This document shows, in pieces, positions 1-9,466 of a DNA stretch of 64,000 bases. The DNA lies in contig CAAGKM010000030.1 in assembly GCA_900770395.1 (NCBI GenBank), positions 423,210 through 487,209 on the forward strand, written 5' to 3'. The DNA is from an uncultured Prevotella sp. GTDB taxonomy: Bacteria; Bacteroidota; Bacteroidia; Bacteroidales; Bacteroidaceae. The notes below the pieces were generated by a model, which ran no database searches, had not been told where the DNA came from, and worked only from the letters and a program-made list of their open reading frames with translations. The translations under genes were made by a program, and so were the position numbers. Positions within the stretch are counted from its first letter, which is position 1. Each line of letters begins with the position of its first letter.

Positions 1-607
1 GCTGCGCTCCCAATGCCCATGAGTCACCACTATCGACAGTCTCTGCCCATTGCGGAGTGCCCCAGTCCTCAGCATCAAAGCATACAAAGTCAACACCTAA
101 TGCAAGTGAGTCCTGAGCACCGATAAGCCTTGCCAGCTCAAGCATAATAGCCACGCCGCTTGCACCGTCGTTGGCAGCCATAACAGGAGTTTGATGGTTT
201 GCCTCATCTGGGTCATTGTCTGCCCACGGACGACTGTCCCAATGAGCACATAAAAGTATGCGGTCTGCAAGTTCAGGCTTGTAGCTTGCTATGATATTCG
301 TGCTGCGAAGCATTGTGCCGTCATAGCCTCTCAGATTGGCATTCTGTGTCTGCACCGCCATTCCAAAACTGCGGAACTTACTGGCAATCCACTCACCGCA
401 CTTATCATGTGCCGAACTGTTCATAACACGTGGCCCGAAGGCGCACTGCGTCTCACAATAAGCGTATGCGCTGTCAGCGACAAACGTAGGACCAACAGGT
501 TGCATGGCTGTATTTGTCTCGGTGGTGGCTTTCTTGCTGTTGCCGCATGACTGCACCATAAATGAAGTTGCAAAAACGCATGCGGCGCATATTGTTTTTA
601 AAGTCAT
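1..607 (-). CDS. M28-family lipoprotein, glutaminyl-cyclase-like (3' part; N-terminus of protein at 607, runs off window start)
   Basis: Reverse-strand translation from ATG (complement of 605-607) gives MTLKTICAACVFATSFMVQSCG lipoprotein signal followed by an M28/QC-like region (…ASYKPELADRILLCAHWDSRP…NDGASGVAIMLELAR…FVCFDAEDWG). Not in the ORF track because it is truncated by the window edge. Confidence 0.55.
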   Translation of the reverse strand, partial: MTLKTICAACVFATSFMVQSCGNSKKATTETNTAMQPVGPTFVADSAYAYCETQCAFGPRVMNSSAHDKCGEWIASKFRSFGMAVQTQNANLRGYDGTMLRSTNIIASYKPELADRILLCAHWDSRPWADNDPDEANHQTPVMAANDGASGVAIMLELARLIGAQDSLALGVDFVCFDAEDWGTPQWAETVDSGDSWALGAQ

Positions 608-634
608 TATTCTATTTTTTATTAAGTTCCACAC

Positions 635-2389
635 TCAGCACTTCCTTGCTGCCTGTACCTGCTCCATCACTCTGAGGAAGTTGCCTCCCCAGATTTTCTG
701 GATGTCGCTCTCGCTGTAACGTCGTGAGAGTAGCTGGCGTGTTAGGTTGATAATCTCAGATGAGTCGGCAATGCCGCGCACTCCGCCGTCACCGTCGAAG
801 TCGGTGCCAATGCCCACATGGTCAATTCCCATCACGCTGATGGCGTGCTCAAGATGCTCAATGGCATCGAGTATCGTAGCCTCGCCATCTTTTTTCAGGA
901 AACCGTTGTAGAGTGTTATCTGCGCCACACCGCCTTTTTGGGCAAGAGCACGCATTTGGTCGTCGGTAAGGTTGCGGGGATGGTCGCATAAAGTCCGTGC
1001 GCTGCTGTGGCTGCATACTATCGGCAGGCGGCTTATCTCAATAGCATCGTAGAAACTCTTCTCGGCGGCATGGCTTAAGTCAACCATGATACCGAGGCGG
1101 TTCATCTCCTGAATCACCTGCGCTCCGAACGGGCTCACACCATTGTGGGTATTACATCCACGGGCACTGTCGCAAAGAGCGTTGTCGCCATTGTGGCACA
1201 GTGTGATGTAGACTACTCCACGCTTGGCGAAATGCTCCACGTTATTTATATCACCGCCAAGGGCAAGACCGTTCTCAATGCCCAGCATTATCGACTTGCG
1301 TCCCATGCGTTTGTTGCTATAGAGGTTGTCGGGAGTACGCACAATGCTGATGTACTGGCTGTTGGCAGCCGCAATCTCCTCTATTTTGTCGAATATCAGG
1401 TCGGCATATTCTGTCGGACTGTCGACGGAAAATCCCACCTTTTGCGAGAATGTCTCGCCAATTTTAGGCTGCGGCAGGTATGCCACCATGATGGTAGAGT
1501 CCTGACGGCCGTCGGTCATCTTGTGAAGGTCAACGAGCACGTGTGGGTCACGCTGGTCAAACTTGATGTTTTGCGGAAAGAACATCGGAGTGTCGCAGTG
1601 AGTGTCGAGCGTGAGCACACGGTTGTGAACGTCACAAGCCTTATGGAACAGTTTTGCCTCGTGTACAAGCCACTCAAACAATGGTGTGCCATCGTCAAGG
1701 CATTCTGGATGCCACTGCACTCCGATTATCGATTTGAACTCGCTGCTCTCAATAGCCTCGGTGATGCCGTCGGGCGATTTTGCCACCACAGTGAAGCGTG
1801 GTCCCGTCTTGTCCACTGCCTGATGGTGGAACGAGTTCACGGCAATGCTGTTGCTATTATTATATAATGTGTAGAGCGTTGAGCCCTTTTCAAGGCTCAC
1901 CGTGTGGGTAGGCTCTGAGCGGTGGGCATCTTGCGAGTGTTTTATGTCGGCATTGATGTCCTGCTCCACATGACCGTCGAGAGCCATCGCCAGTGTCTGT
2001 ATGCCACGGCAGATGCCGAGCATAGGTATTTGCCGGTTATAAGCTAAGCGTGTGATGAGCAACTCGGGTAGGTCACGCTCACTGTTGATGCTGTGAAGGT
2101 GTGGAGATGGTTCCTCGCCACAGTAGAGTGGATTGTAGTCGCCACCGCCGCTGAGCAACAGACCGTCGATGTGCTCCAAGGTGTTGATTATAACGTCGGT
2201 GTCTGTAAGTGGCGGGATAATCACTGGCACTCCTCCAGCCTCCGCCACCTTTTTATAATATGTCTCCGCCAGCATGCACGACGCATTGTCGTAGTTGCCG
2301 CTGATACCAATCACCGGCTTACTGGGAGCTTCAGGATAACGGCTGTAGACACTGGTTAGATGCCGGCTCCAATCGTAACGGTTGCTCAT
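635..2389 (-). CDS. Two-domain peptidase: N-terminal class-I glutamine amidotransferase-like/C26 gamma-glutamyl hydrolase domain fused to a C-terminal M19 membrane-dipeptidase domain
   Basis: 584 aa ORF. N-terminal half has the GATase1/C26 pattern (GISGNYD…LLLSGGGDYNP…GICRGIQ…FHHQAV). C-terminal half has M19 renal-dipeptidase motifs (HVGIGTDFDGDGG, SHSSAR). Confidence 0.75.
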   Translation of the reverse strand: MSNRYDWSRHLTSVYSRYPEAPSKPVIGISGNYDNASCMLAETYYKKVAEAGGVPVIIPPLTDTDVIINTLEHIDGLLLSGGGDYNPLYCGEEPSPHLHSINSERDLPELLITRLAYNRQIPMLGICRGIQTLAMALDGHVEQDINADIKHSQDAHRSEPTHTVSLEKGSTLYTLYNNSNSIAVNSFHHQAVDKTGPRFTVVAKSPDGITEAIESSEFKSIIGVQWHPECLDDGTPLFEWLVHEAKLFHKACDVHNRVLTLDTHCDTPMFFPQNIKFDQRDPHVLVDLHKMTDGRQDSTIMVAYLPQPKIGETFSQKVGFSVDSPTEYADLIFDKIEEIAAANSQYISIVRTPDNLYSNKRMGRKSIMLGIENGLALGGDINNVEHFAKRGVVYITLCHNGDNALCDSARGCNTHNGVSPFGAQVIQEMNRLGIMVDLSHAAEKSFYDAIEISRLPIVCSHSSARTLCDHPRNLTDDQMRALAQKGGVAQITLYNGFLKKDGEATILDAIEHLEHAISVMGIDHVGIGTDFDGDGGVRGIADSSEIINLTRQLLSRRYSESDIQKIWGGNFLRVMEQVQAARKC

Positions 2390-2416
2390 AACTGTCTTTT
2401 GCTCTGGTTTGTCAGA

Positions 2417-2884
2417 TCACTCTTCAATATGCACAGGTATTTCCCTCTTAATGCTCTGCTCAAGTGATATGAGCGTCTCTGTTGATGCCACGCCAGGGAT
2501 GTGTTGAAGCTGACGGTTGAGCAGGTCCATGAGTTGTTCGTTGTCGCGTGCGTAGAGCTTCACCATCATGGTGTAGGGACCAGTTGTGAAATGACACTCC
2601 ACAATCTCGGGAATGAGCTGCATACGCTCCACAACCTCCTTGTACATACTTCCCTTCTCGAGAGTTATGCCAACATAGGTGCATGTGGAATACCCAAGAC
2701 TCTTGGGGTTTACATCAAAGCCGCTTCCCATTATCACGTTGGCGTCTATAAGATGCTGCACACGCTGGTGGATGGCTGCGCGTGAGACACCGCAGTCAGC
2801 TGCAACGTCCTTAAAAGGTATCCGGGCATTGCGTGAGAGAATGTTCAGGATTTTTTTGTCTAATTTGTCTATCTTTTCCATCAC
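2417..2884 (-). CDS. Lrp/AsnC family transcriptional regulator
   Basis: 155 aa with an N-terminal HTH (LDKKILNILSRNARIPFKDVAADCGVSRAAIHQRVQHL) and a C-terminal RAM/ACT-like domain. Confidence 0.85.
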   Translation of the reverse strand: MMEKIDKLDKKILNILSRNARIPFKDVAADCGVSRAAIHQRVQHLIDANVIMGSGFDVNPKSLGYSTCTYVGITLEKGSMYKEVVERMQLIPEIVECHFTTGPYTMMVKLYARDNEQLMDLLNRQLQHIPGVASTETLISLEQSIKREIPVHIEE

Positions 2885-2914
2885 TATTACTTTTTATGTT
2901 TTACAATTTGTCAG

Positions 2915-2922
2915 CAAAAGTA
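2915..2922 (-). promoter_or_regulatory. Bacteroidetes -7 box (TACTTTTG on minus strand) upstream of the AsnC gene
   Basis: Plus-strand CAAAAGTA is the complement of TAnnTTTG and lies 31 bp upstream of the minus-strand start at 2884. Confidence 0.4.
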
Positions 2923-3056
2923 CTGCTTTTTATTGAATTGTGCAATATTTTTAACAAAAATAAATGCGGTTTTGAATAAAATACGCAACATCCTATTCAA
3001 AACCGCATGGTTTGTTGAGCATTTTTGCATTTAAATGGCAAAAATACATGTGTAAT

Positions 3057-4001
3057 TTACTTATTTACCTTCACGCTTTTTGGGGCGGCTGGCTTCTTTG
3101 CTGCAGGCTCATTCTTCACCTCAGGCTTTTCCGCCTCAGGCTCGCAGATGTCCACAAGCTCCACATCGAACACAAGTGTTGAGTAAGGCTTGATATCGCG
3201 ACCCGCGCCACGCTCACCGTATGCGAGGTCGTAAGGAATATACAGCTGCCATTTGCTGCCCACAGGCATGAGGAGCAGAGCCTCTGTCCAACCCTTTATC
3301 ACATCAGTAACACCAAACTCGGCAGGCTTGTCGCCGTGACGCCTGCTGGCATCGAACACTTTACCGTTGATGAGGCGGCCCTCATAGTGTACCTTTACCT
3401 TGTCGGTTCTCTGCGGTGTCTTGCCCTCACCCTTTTGCAGCACCTTGTATTGCAGTCCGCTCGGAAGTACCATTACTCCATCTTTCTTGGCGTTCTCGGC
3501 AAGGAACTTCATCCCCGGAGCCTTTTGGTTCTCCGCTTTTTTCTTCATGAACACTGTGTTTGCCTTATCTGCGGTGAATGTTGTGTCGCCGCTGAGAGCG
3601 TCGCAGAAACCACGGAAGAACAGACCATCGCTGATTGAGTCGGGAGTGTCGGTGAACTCGCTCTTTACTCGTGCGAGCATCTGCTCCCTTACCTGGTTGG
3701 CAATCTGCAAGCCAGCCCAGTAAGCCTTCTGTTTCGGGTCACCGTTGGAGGCAATCACCTCGTTGAAGCCTTGCACGAAGTCTGCCATATAAGCAGTGTC
3801 AACACCCAGCTGCTGGGTCAGATAAGGCAGTAGTCCGGTGGTGAGGCTTGCTCCAGCCGTGTAGCTCAGAGTGTCCGCTGATGTGGCGAGCACCACTGCC
3901 GACTTCTCCTCTACGACTTTCTTCTGCTTCTTTTTTGCAGAAATCGTGGCAGACATAGAGCCTGCCACGATAACCATTGCTAATATAATTAATTTTTTCA
4001 T
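3057..4001 (-). CDS. FKBP-type peptidyl-prolyl cis-trans isomerase (FkpA-like) with a Lys/Pro-rich C-terminal tail
   Basis: FKBP_C signature (VHYEGRLINGKVFDAS…GVTDVIKGWTEAL…LYIPYDLAYG) and an N-terminal signal peptide. Confidence 0.85.
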   Translation of the reverse strand: MKKLIILAMVIVAGSMSATISAKKKQKKVVEEKSAVVLATSADTLSYTAGASLTTGLLPYLTQQLGVDTAYMADFVQGFNEVIASNGDPKQKAYWAGLQIANQVREQMLARVKSEFTDTPDSISDGLFFRGFCDALSGDTTFTADKANTVFMKKKAENQKAPGMKFLAENAKKDGVMVLPSGLQYKVLQKGEGKTPQRTDKVKVHYEGRLINGKVFDASRRHGDKPAEFGVTDVIKGWTEALLLMPVGSKWQLYIPYDLAYGERGAGRDIKPYSTLVFDVELVDICEPEAEKPEVKNEPAAKKPAAPKSVKVNK

Positions 4002-4867
4002 TATTTCACCTCGATAAGCTCAATTTTGAAAATCAGTGCAGAGAAAGGTTTGATGTTGCCGGCATTCTGTGCGCCGTAAGCCTTTTCCTGTGGAATGTAA
4101 ACCTCCCATACGCTTCCTGCAGGCATGTGTACGAGAGCCTCTGTCCAGCCCTTGATCACCTGGTTTGCGCGGAATGTAGTAGGCTCCTTGCGGCCGTAAG
4201 AACTGTCGAACACCTTACCGTCAACAGTCTTGCCCTCATAGTGTACCTTCACCATGGAAGTGTCAGCGGGAATGGCACCGTTGCCCTCCTTGATTACTTT
4301 GTACTGCACGCCGCCGGGGAGAGTCTTCACGCCCTCTTTCTTTGCGTTGGCAGCAAGGAAAGCCTCACCGGCCTTCTTGTTCTCACCATACTGTGCCTCC
4401 ATTGCCTTAGCTTTCACTGCCTCCATCTTGGTCTGGGCATACATCTGAGCCTCGCTCATTGTCATGAGTCCTTTCTTACCTGTCACGCCGCTGATAAAAC
4501 CAGCCATGAGGTTCTTCTTTGAGATAGACTGTGTTGAGTCGTCACCGTAAATCTGGCGGTTGATGCCCTCATACATCTGGTTGCCAACCTGCTGACCAAT
4601 CATGATGCCTGCGAAGTAGGCTGCCTTCTTCTTGTCGTCACCAGCGCTTGCGCCCTCGTTAAGACCCTTTACAAACTCCTTGATGTAAGTGGTGTCAACA
4701 CCCTGACGTGTAAGATACTCTGTGAGTCCCTCTGTCTGTGCCATACCGATAGCGTATGTCAGTGAGTCAACCTCGCTCTTCAGACTTGCCTTTGGGGTAC
4801 TCTTGCCGCAAGACGCCAATGTGGCGGCAGCAATGGCTGCAATAGCCAAAAATGATAATTTTTTCAT
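4001..4867 (-). CDS. FKBP-type peptidyl-prolyl cis-trans isomerase (exported, lipoprotein-like)
   Basis: Signal ending in …LASCG. FKBP_C signature (VHYEGKTVDGKVFDSS…IKGWTEAL…YIPQEKAYG). Its stop overlaps the downstream FKBP start. Confidence 0.85.
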   Translation of the reverse strand: MKKLSFLAIAAIAAATLASCGKSTPKASLKSEVDSLTYAIGMAQTEGLTEYLTRQGVDTTYIKEFVKGLNEGASAGDDKKKAAYFAGIMIGQQVGNQMYEGINRQIYGDDSTQSISKKNLMAGFISGVTGKKGLMTMSEAQMYAQTKMEAVKAKAMEAQYGENKKAGEAFLAANAKKEGVKTLPGGVQYKVIKEGNGAIPADTSMVKVHYEGKTVDGKVFDSSYGRKEPTTFRANQVIKGWTEALVHMPAGSVWEVYIPQEKAYGAQNAGNIKPFSALIFKIELIEVK

Positions 4868-4965
4868 TTCGTTGTTTTATAATTTATTTAATTTTTGTTT
4901 TTGTAAGAAAATTAGGAGTATTTAGGAAAACAAACCTTACCTCATGCTCCATTATTTCACACTCC

Positions 4966-5550
4966 TCACTTTACACTAATAAGTTCCACATCGAAGATAA
5001 GTGTGGCGTAAGGAGGAATGCTCGCACCTGCTCCGCCTGCTCCGTAGCCCAGCAGGTATGGGATGAAGAAACGGAACTTTGCGCCCTCTTTCATCAGCTG
5101 CAGACCCTCGGTCCATCCTGCTATCACCTGCTGTAAGCCGAATGTAGCGGGCTCGCCGCGCTTGTATGAACTGTCGAACACCGTGCCGTCGATAAGGCTT
5201 CCCTCATAGTGGCAGGTGACACTGTCGGTGGCTTTAGGCTGTTTGCCTGTACCCTCGGTCAGCACCTGATACTGCAGACCGCTGGCTGTAGTAACAACAC
5301 CTTTCTTCTTACCATTCTCTGCAAGGAATTTCTCACCAGCCTCACGGGCAGTCTTGCTCATCTCCTCTTCTTTCTGCTTAAAATATTGCTGCACTATCTG
5401 CTGACCCTCCACATGGCTCACAAACAGGTCGTTACCGGCAATAACATCTTTTATTGCCTGTGCGAAATCGTCAATCACCAATTCTTTGGCTCCCATGTGC
5501 GCCAGCTGCTGGCCTATGCCAAGTCCCATAGCGTAACTTAATTTATCCAT
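4966..5550 (-). CDS. FKBP-type peptidyl-prolyl cis-trans isomerase (no signal peptide)
   Basis: FKBP_C signature (CHYEGSLIDGTVFDSS…IAGWTEGL…FFIPYLLGYG). Confidence 0.85.
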   Translation of the reverse strand: MDKLSYAMGLGIGQQLAHMGAKELVIDDFAQAIKDVIAGNDLFVSHVEGQQIVQQYFKQKEEEMSKTAREAGEKFLAENGKKKGVVTTASGLQYQVLTEGTGKQPKATDSVTCHYEGSLIDGTVFDSSYKRGEPATFGLQQVIAGWTEGLQLMKEGAKFRFFIPYLLGYGAGGAGASIPPYATLIFDVELISVK

Positions 5551-5604
5551 TTGCGTTTCTTAAAAAATTGTTCAAAAATTACTTACTTTCGTTATAAAAA
5601 CGTG

Positions 5605-5612
5605 CAAAGATA
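5605..5612 (-). promoter_or_regulatory. -7 box (TATCTTTG on minus strand) for the FKBP gene run
   Basis: Plus-strand CAAAGATA lies about 55 bp upstream of the minus-strand start at 5550. Confidence 0.4.
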
Positions 5613-5655
5613 CTATTTTTTCTTGATTTTGTTGCACCATTTGAGAAAAAATTAG

Positions 5656-5663
5656 TATTTTTG
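5656..5663 (+). promoter_or_regulatory. -7 box TATTTTTG upstream of the sirtuin gene
   Basis: Matches the Bacteroides sigma-A -7 consensus TAnnTTTG, 43 bp before the ATG at 5706. Confidence 0.45.
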
Positions 5664-5705
5664 TGCAAATTTTTGACACGTTAAGAAATAAATACGAAAA
5701 TAATT

Positions 5706-6410
5706 ATGAAGAAACTTGTGATATTGACAGGTGCGGGGATGTCGGTTGAGAGCGGGCTGAAGACATTCCGCGACGCAGACGGACTATGGGAGAATCACCC
5801 AGTACAGAAGGTTGCTACACATGAGGGATGGAACGCCGATCCAACTCTTGTTACCAACTTCTACAACATGCTCCGTGGCAAATGTGTTGACACTAAACCG
5901 TGTGAGGGGCACCGCCTGCTGGCTGAGATGGAAAAGGATTATGACGTGAGGGTGATAACGCAGAACGTGGACAACCTGCACGAGGCAGCCGGTTCCACCA
6001 AGGTGCTCCACCTGCACGGCGAACTGATGAAGGTGTGCTCAAGCAAAGATACGGAAAATCCCGCCTGCTGGCAAACACTCACTGCTGACAATTATGAGGT
6101 AAAGCCAGGCACAAAGGCAGCCGACGGCTCACTGTTGCGCCCCTACATAGTGTTCTTTGGTGAGGCTGTGCCCAATATGGAACTTGCTATTGACTGGGTG
6201 GCTGATGCCGACATCTTCGTGATTATAGGCTCATCACTCGTGGTTTATCCCGCAGCAAGCTTGGCGCATTATGTCAAGGCAGGCACTCCTGTGTATCTCA
6301 TCGACCCGGCCCCGTCGGTTGGTATGAGCATCCAGGGTGTGACTCATATACAGAAAGGGGCATCTGAAGGCGTGAGGGAACTGATAAAGCTGCTTGGCAA
6401 GGAGAAATAA
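5706..6410 (+). CDS. cobB: NAD-dependent protein deacylase, Sir2 family
   Basis: GAGMSVESG NAD-binding motif, QNVDNLH, and a Zn-ribbon-like Cys region; 234 aa. Confidence 0.85.
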   Translation: MKKLVILTGAGMSVESGLKTFRDADGLWENHPVQKVATHEGWNADPTLVTNFYNMLRGKCVDTKPCEGHRLLAEMEKDYDVRVITQNVDNLHEAAGSTKVLHLHGELMKVCSSKDTENPACWQTLTADNYEVKPGTKAADGSLLRPYIVFFGEAVPNMELAIDWVADADIFVIIGSSLVVYPAASLAHYVKAGTPVYLIDPAPSVGMSIQGVTHIQKGASEGVRELIKLLGKEK

Positions 6411-6435
6411 AATATTAAAAGCCAAAAAAACTTTT

Positions 6436-8190
6436 ATGGGAAAGATTGTGAAAGAGATAACCGTCGCCCTTTTGATATTGTTGTGCACAGGAAGTGTATC
6501 AGCGGTGCCTGCCAGGCGCACAAAGATTACGGTGCGTCAGAGCGACGGCACGGAGCTTGTGGTGTCGCAGCGTGGTGATGAGCATTTTCATTATTATGTA
6601 ACAGACGACGGGCTGCCGTTATTGCGTGATGCCAACGGCGACTTCTGTCACGCCATAATCGAAGACGGTAAGATTGTATCTTCAGCAATATTGGCGCATG
6701 ATATCAGCCGGCGCACAGAGCAGGAAAGGGCATTTATTGCCAGCCGTGGCGACATCAGTGGCAGTATGAGTAGAATATGTCAGGCAAAGGTCAGCAGTCG
6801 TAACGCTGCAAGAGCCAGAAGAGTTCAGAAGGCAAGGACTAACGGCAAGACTGCCTATGAGGGCAATAAGCGGGGACTTGTGATTCTCGTGAACTTCAAG
6901 GACGTACAATTCAGAATCCCGTCGCCCAAAGAGCACTTTTTAAAAAAACTCAATACACATGGATATTCCGAGTATAACTGTCACGGCTCGGTGTCAGAAT
7001 ACTTCTCAGACCAAAGTAACGGTAAGTTCAACCTCACGTTCGATGTGGCTGGTCCTTACACCCTGTCGCAAAACATGGTGTATTATGGAGGGAACGATTC
7101 AAATGGCAATGACAAAAGACCGCGGGAAATGGTAGAAGAAGCCTGCCGGTTAGCAGCGAAAGATGATATAGACTATGCCAAATACGACTGGTATGGCGAC
7201 GGCAATGTGGACTTGGTATTTGTGGTATACGCAGGATATTGCGAGTCACAATGCGTAAGTATCCCTAACCCTAATACTATATGGCCCCACCAATGGGAAT
7301 TGAAACAAAAGCTTACGTTTAACGGTAAAACTGTCAGCACGTACGCCTGCACAGGTGAGCTTGCCGGCGAAAAAGGAATAACTCCCGACGGTATAGGTAC
7401 TTTCTGCCATGAGTTCAGCCACTGTCTCGGGTTGCCCGACTTTTATGACACTAATGGTGACGCTTTTGGAATGAACCGCTGGAGTCTGATGGACTACGGC
7501 AATTATCTCGGTGAGAATGAATGCGGTGGATGCCCATGCAACTACACAGCCTATGAGCGCTGGTGCTGTGGATGGAGCGAGCCAAAGGAGCTGACAACAG
7601 CTGCCGACATCAATGATATGAAATCACTCGACAGCGGCAATGCGGGATACATTATATATAATGACGCGCACCGCGATGAGTATTATATTCTCGACAACCG
7701 CCAGCGGGAGGGCTGGGACTCTTATCTGCCAGGACACGGACTGATGGTAACGCATGTTGACTACAATGAAAATATGTGGTACTATAATACAGTGAACAAT
7801 GACGCCTCGCATCAGCGTTGCACGATAATACATGCCGACGATACTGATGGAACAAAAAAAATATTGGATTTAGCTGGTGACCCGTTCCCTGGAGAGACAG
7901 TGAAAACTGAGCTTACTGACACTTCAAAACCTGCTGCAACCTTATTTAATGATAACGCAAACGGCACGAAATTCATGGGGAAGTCCATCACCGACATCAC
8001 TGAGAGCGGCACAGGCTTAATCTCCTTCAAATTTATGGGAGGTATAGGAGATGCAATAAATGATGTGACCATCAATGGCTCACATCCCTATGACAGAATT
8101 ATTCCTCATAATTACAGACAAATGTTGCCGCACGGAATTAGGCTTAAAAAACATGATGGAAAGACAATAAAATTCATAGAGAGTAAGTAA
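6436..8190 (+). CDS. M6-family (immune inhibitor A-like) zinc metalloprotease, secreted; possible T9SS-type C-terminus
   Basis: HEFSHCLGLPDFYD matches the M6 HEFGHxLGLPDxY zinc site. A signal peptide (MGKIVKEITVALLILLCTGSVSA) starts at the internal ATG at 6436; the track ORF begins at 6394, overlapping cobB. Confidence 0.7.
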   Translation: MGKIVKEITVALLILLCTGSVSAVPARRTKITVRQSDGTELVVSQRGDEHFHYYVTDDGLPLLRDANGDFCHAIIEDGKIVSSAILAHDISRRTEQERAFIASRGDISGSMSRICQAKVSSRNAARARRVQKARTNGKTAYEGNKRGLVILVNFKDVQFRIPSPKEHFLKKLNTHGYSEYNCHGSVSEYFSDQSNGKFNLTFDVAGPYTLSQNMVYYGGNDSNGNDKRPREMVEEACRLAAKDDIDYAKYDWYGDGNVDLVFVVYAGYCESQCVSIPNPNTIWPHQWELKQKLTFNGKTVSTYACTGELAGEKGITPDGIGTFCHEFSHCLGLPDFYDTNGDAFGMNRWSLMDYGNYLGENECGGCPCNYTAYERWCCGWSEPKELTTAADINDMKSLDSGNAGYIIYNDAHRDEYYILDNRQREGWDSYLPGHGLMVTHVDYNENMWYYNTVNNDASHQRCTIIHADDTDGTKKILDLAGDPFPGETVKTELTDTSKPAATLFNDNANGTKFMGKSITDITESGTGLISFKFMGGIGDAINDVTINGSHPYDRIIPHNYRQMLPHGIRLKKHDGKTIKFIESK

Positions 8191-8270
8191 TATTTAGTTA
8201 AAAACAGACAAAATAGTTAATCTTTATTAATTATGTAATGCGAGGTGCTGGTAAAATAAATTAAAATATG

Positions 8271-8278
8271 TACCTTTG
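8271..8278 (+). promoter_or_regulatory. -7 box TACCTTTG for the rplM operon
   Basis: Consensus TAnnTTTG, about 168 bp upstream of rplM, leaving a long 5' UTR. Confidence 0.5.
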
Positions 8279-8445
8279 CAGTCCGATTATTAGGGGAGAG
8301 ACTTAGAATCCCCACAGAATGTCGTGTTAATAGCCATAGTCTTTGGCCGGGCTTGGCGGTTAGTGAATCGGCGTTCGCGTGCTGTTCCAGCGGCACATAA
8401 TAAATTGGTAAAAATGTTTTTTAGTAGTAAAATTTAAAAGTTAAG

Positions 8446-8907
8446 ATGAACACTTTAAGTTACAAGACTATTTCCGTAAACAAGGAAACAGCAAAGAAGG
8501 AGTGGGTGGTTATCGACGCAACTGATCAGGTTGTGGGTCGCCTCTGCTCAAAGGTAGCAAAGTTGCTCCGTGGCAAGTACAAGCCAACTTTCACTCCACA
8601 CGTAGACTGTGGTGACAACGTAATTATCATCAACGCATCAAAGGTGGTATTCACAGGAAAGAAGGAGACAGACAAGGTCTACACTCGTTATACAGGTTAT
8701 CCTGGTGGTCAGCGTTTCAATACTCCAGCCGAGCTTCGCAAGCGCGAGGGCGGTGCAGAGCGTATCCTCCGCCATGCCGTTAAGGGTATGCTTCCAAAGG
8801 GTCCTCTTGGACGCAGCTTGATGAACAACCTCTACATCTATGAGGGTACAGAGCACAAGCAGGAGGCACAGAAGCCAAAGACAATTGATATTAACCAGTA
8901 TAAATAA
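8446..8907 (+). CDS. rplM: 50S ribosomal protein L13
   Basis: Unambiguous L13 sequence (WVVIDATDQVVGRLCSKVAKLLRGKYKPTFTPHVDCGDNVIIINA). Confidence 0.95.
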   Translation: MNTLSYKTISVNKETAKKEWVVIDATDQVVGRLCSKVAKLLRGKYKPTFTPHVDCGDNVIIINASKVVFTGKKETDKVYTRYTGYPGGQRFNTPAELRKREGGAERILRHAVKGMLPKGPLGRSLMNNLYIYEGTEHKQEAQKPKTIDINQYK

Positions 8908-8917
8908 TTGAGAAGAT

Positions 8918-9304
8918 ATGGAAATGATTAATGCAGTTGGTCGCCGTAAGGAGGCTGTTGCCCGTGTTTATGTGACAGAGGGTACAGGCAAGATCACTAT
9001 CAATAAGAAGGATTTGACAGAATATTTCCCATCACCAATCCTGCAGTACGTTGTTAAGCAGCCTCTGACATTGCTCGACGTTGCTGAGAAGTATGACATC
9101 AAGGTTAACCTTGACGGTGGTGGCTTCACCGGCCAGAGCCAGGCTCTCCGCCTCGCTATCGCCCGTGCATTGGTGAAGATTAACGCAGAGGACAAGACTG
9201 CTCTGAAGAAGCAGGGCTTCATGACACGTGACTCACGTGCTGTTGAGCGTAAGAAGCCAGGTCGTCCAAAGGCACGCCGCCGCTTCCAGTTCAGCAAGCG
9301 TTAA
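8918..9304 (+). CDS. rpsI: 30S ribosomal protein S9
   Basis: GRRKEAVARV… and a C-terminal …PGRPKARRRFQFSKR. Confidence 0.95.
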   Translation: MEMINAVGRRKEAVARVYVTEGTGKITINKKDLTEYFPSPILQYVVKQPLTLLDVAEKYDIKVNLDGGGFTGQSQALRLAIARALVKINAEDKTALKKQGFMTRDSRAVERKKPGRPKARRRFQFSKR

Positions 9305-9466
9305 TATTGCGCCAAACCGTTTAGTATCTAAACTGGGGAGACTCCCAACGCTGTTGGCGACTACTCCTTGGCTGATTCTGAACAAAGTGTCGCTCCCACA
9401 ACGAACAGCGGCACGAGAAAAAGAATTTAAAAGAAAGTAAACAACAAAATTAAAACATCAAAGACA

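Noticed and set aside
1145-1867. 240-aa plus-strand ORF inside the C26/M19 peptidase gene
   Set aside because: Entirely antisense to a well-supported CDS; no recognisable motifs; typical shadow ORF in moderately GC-rich coding DNA.
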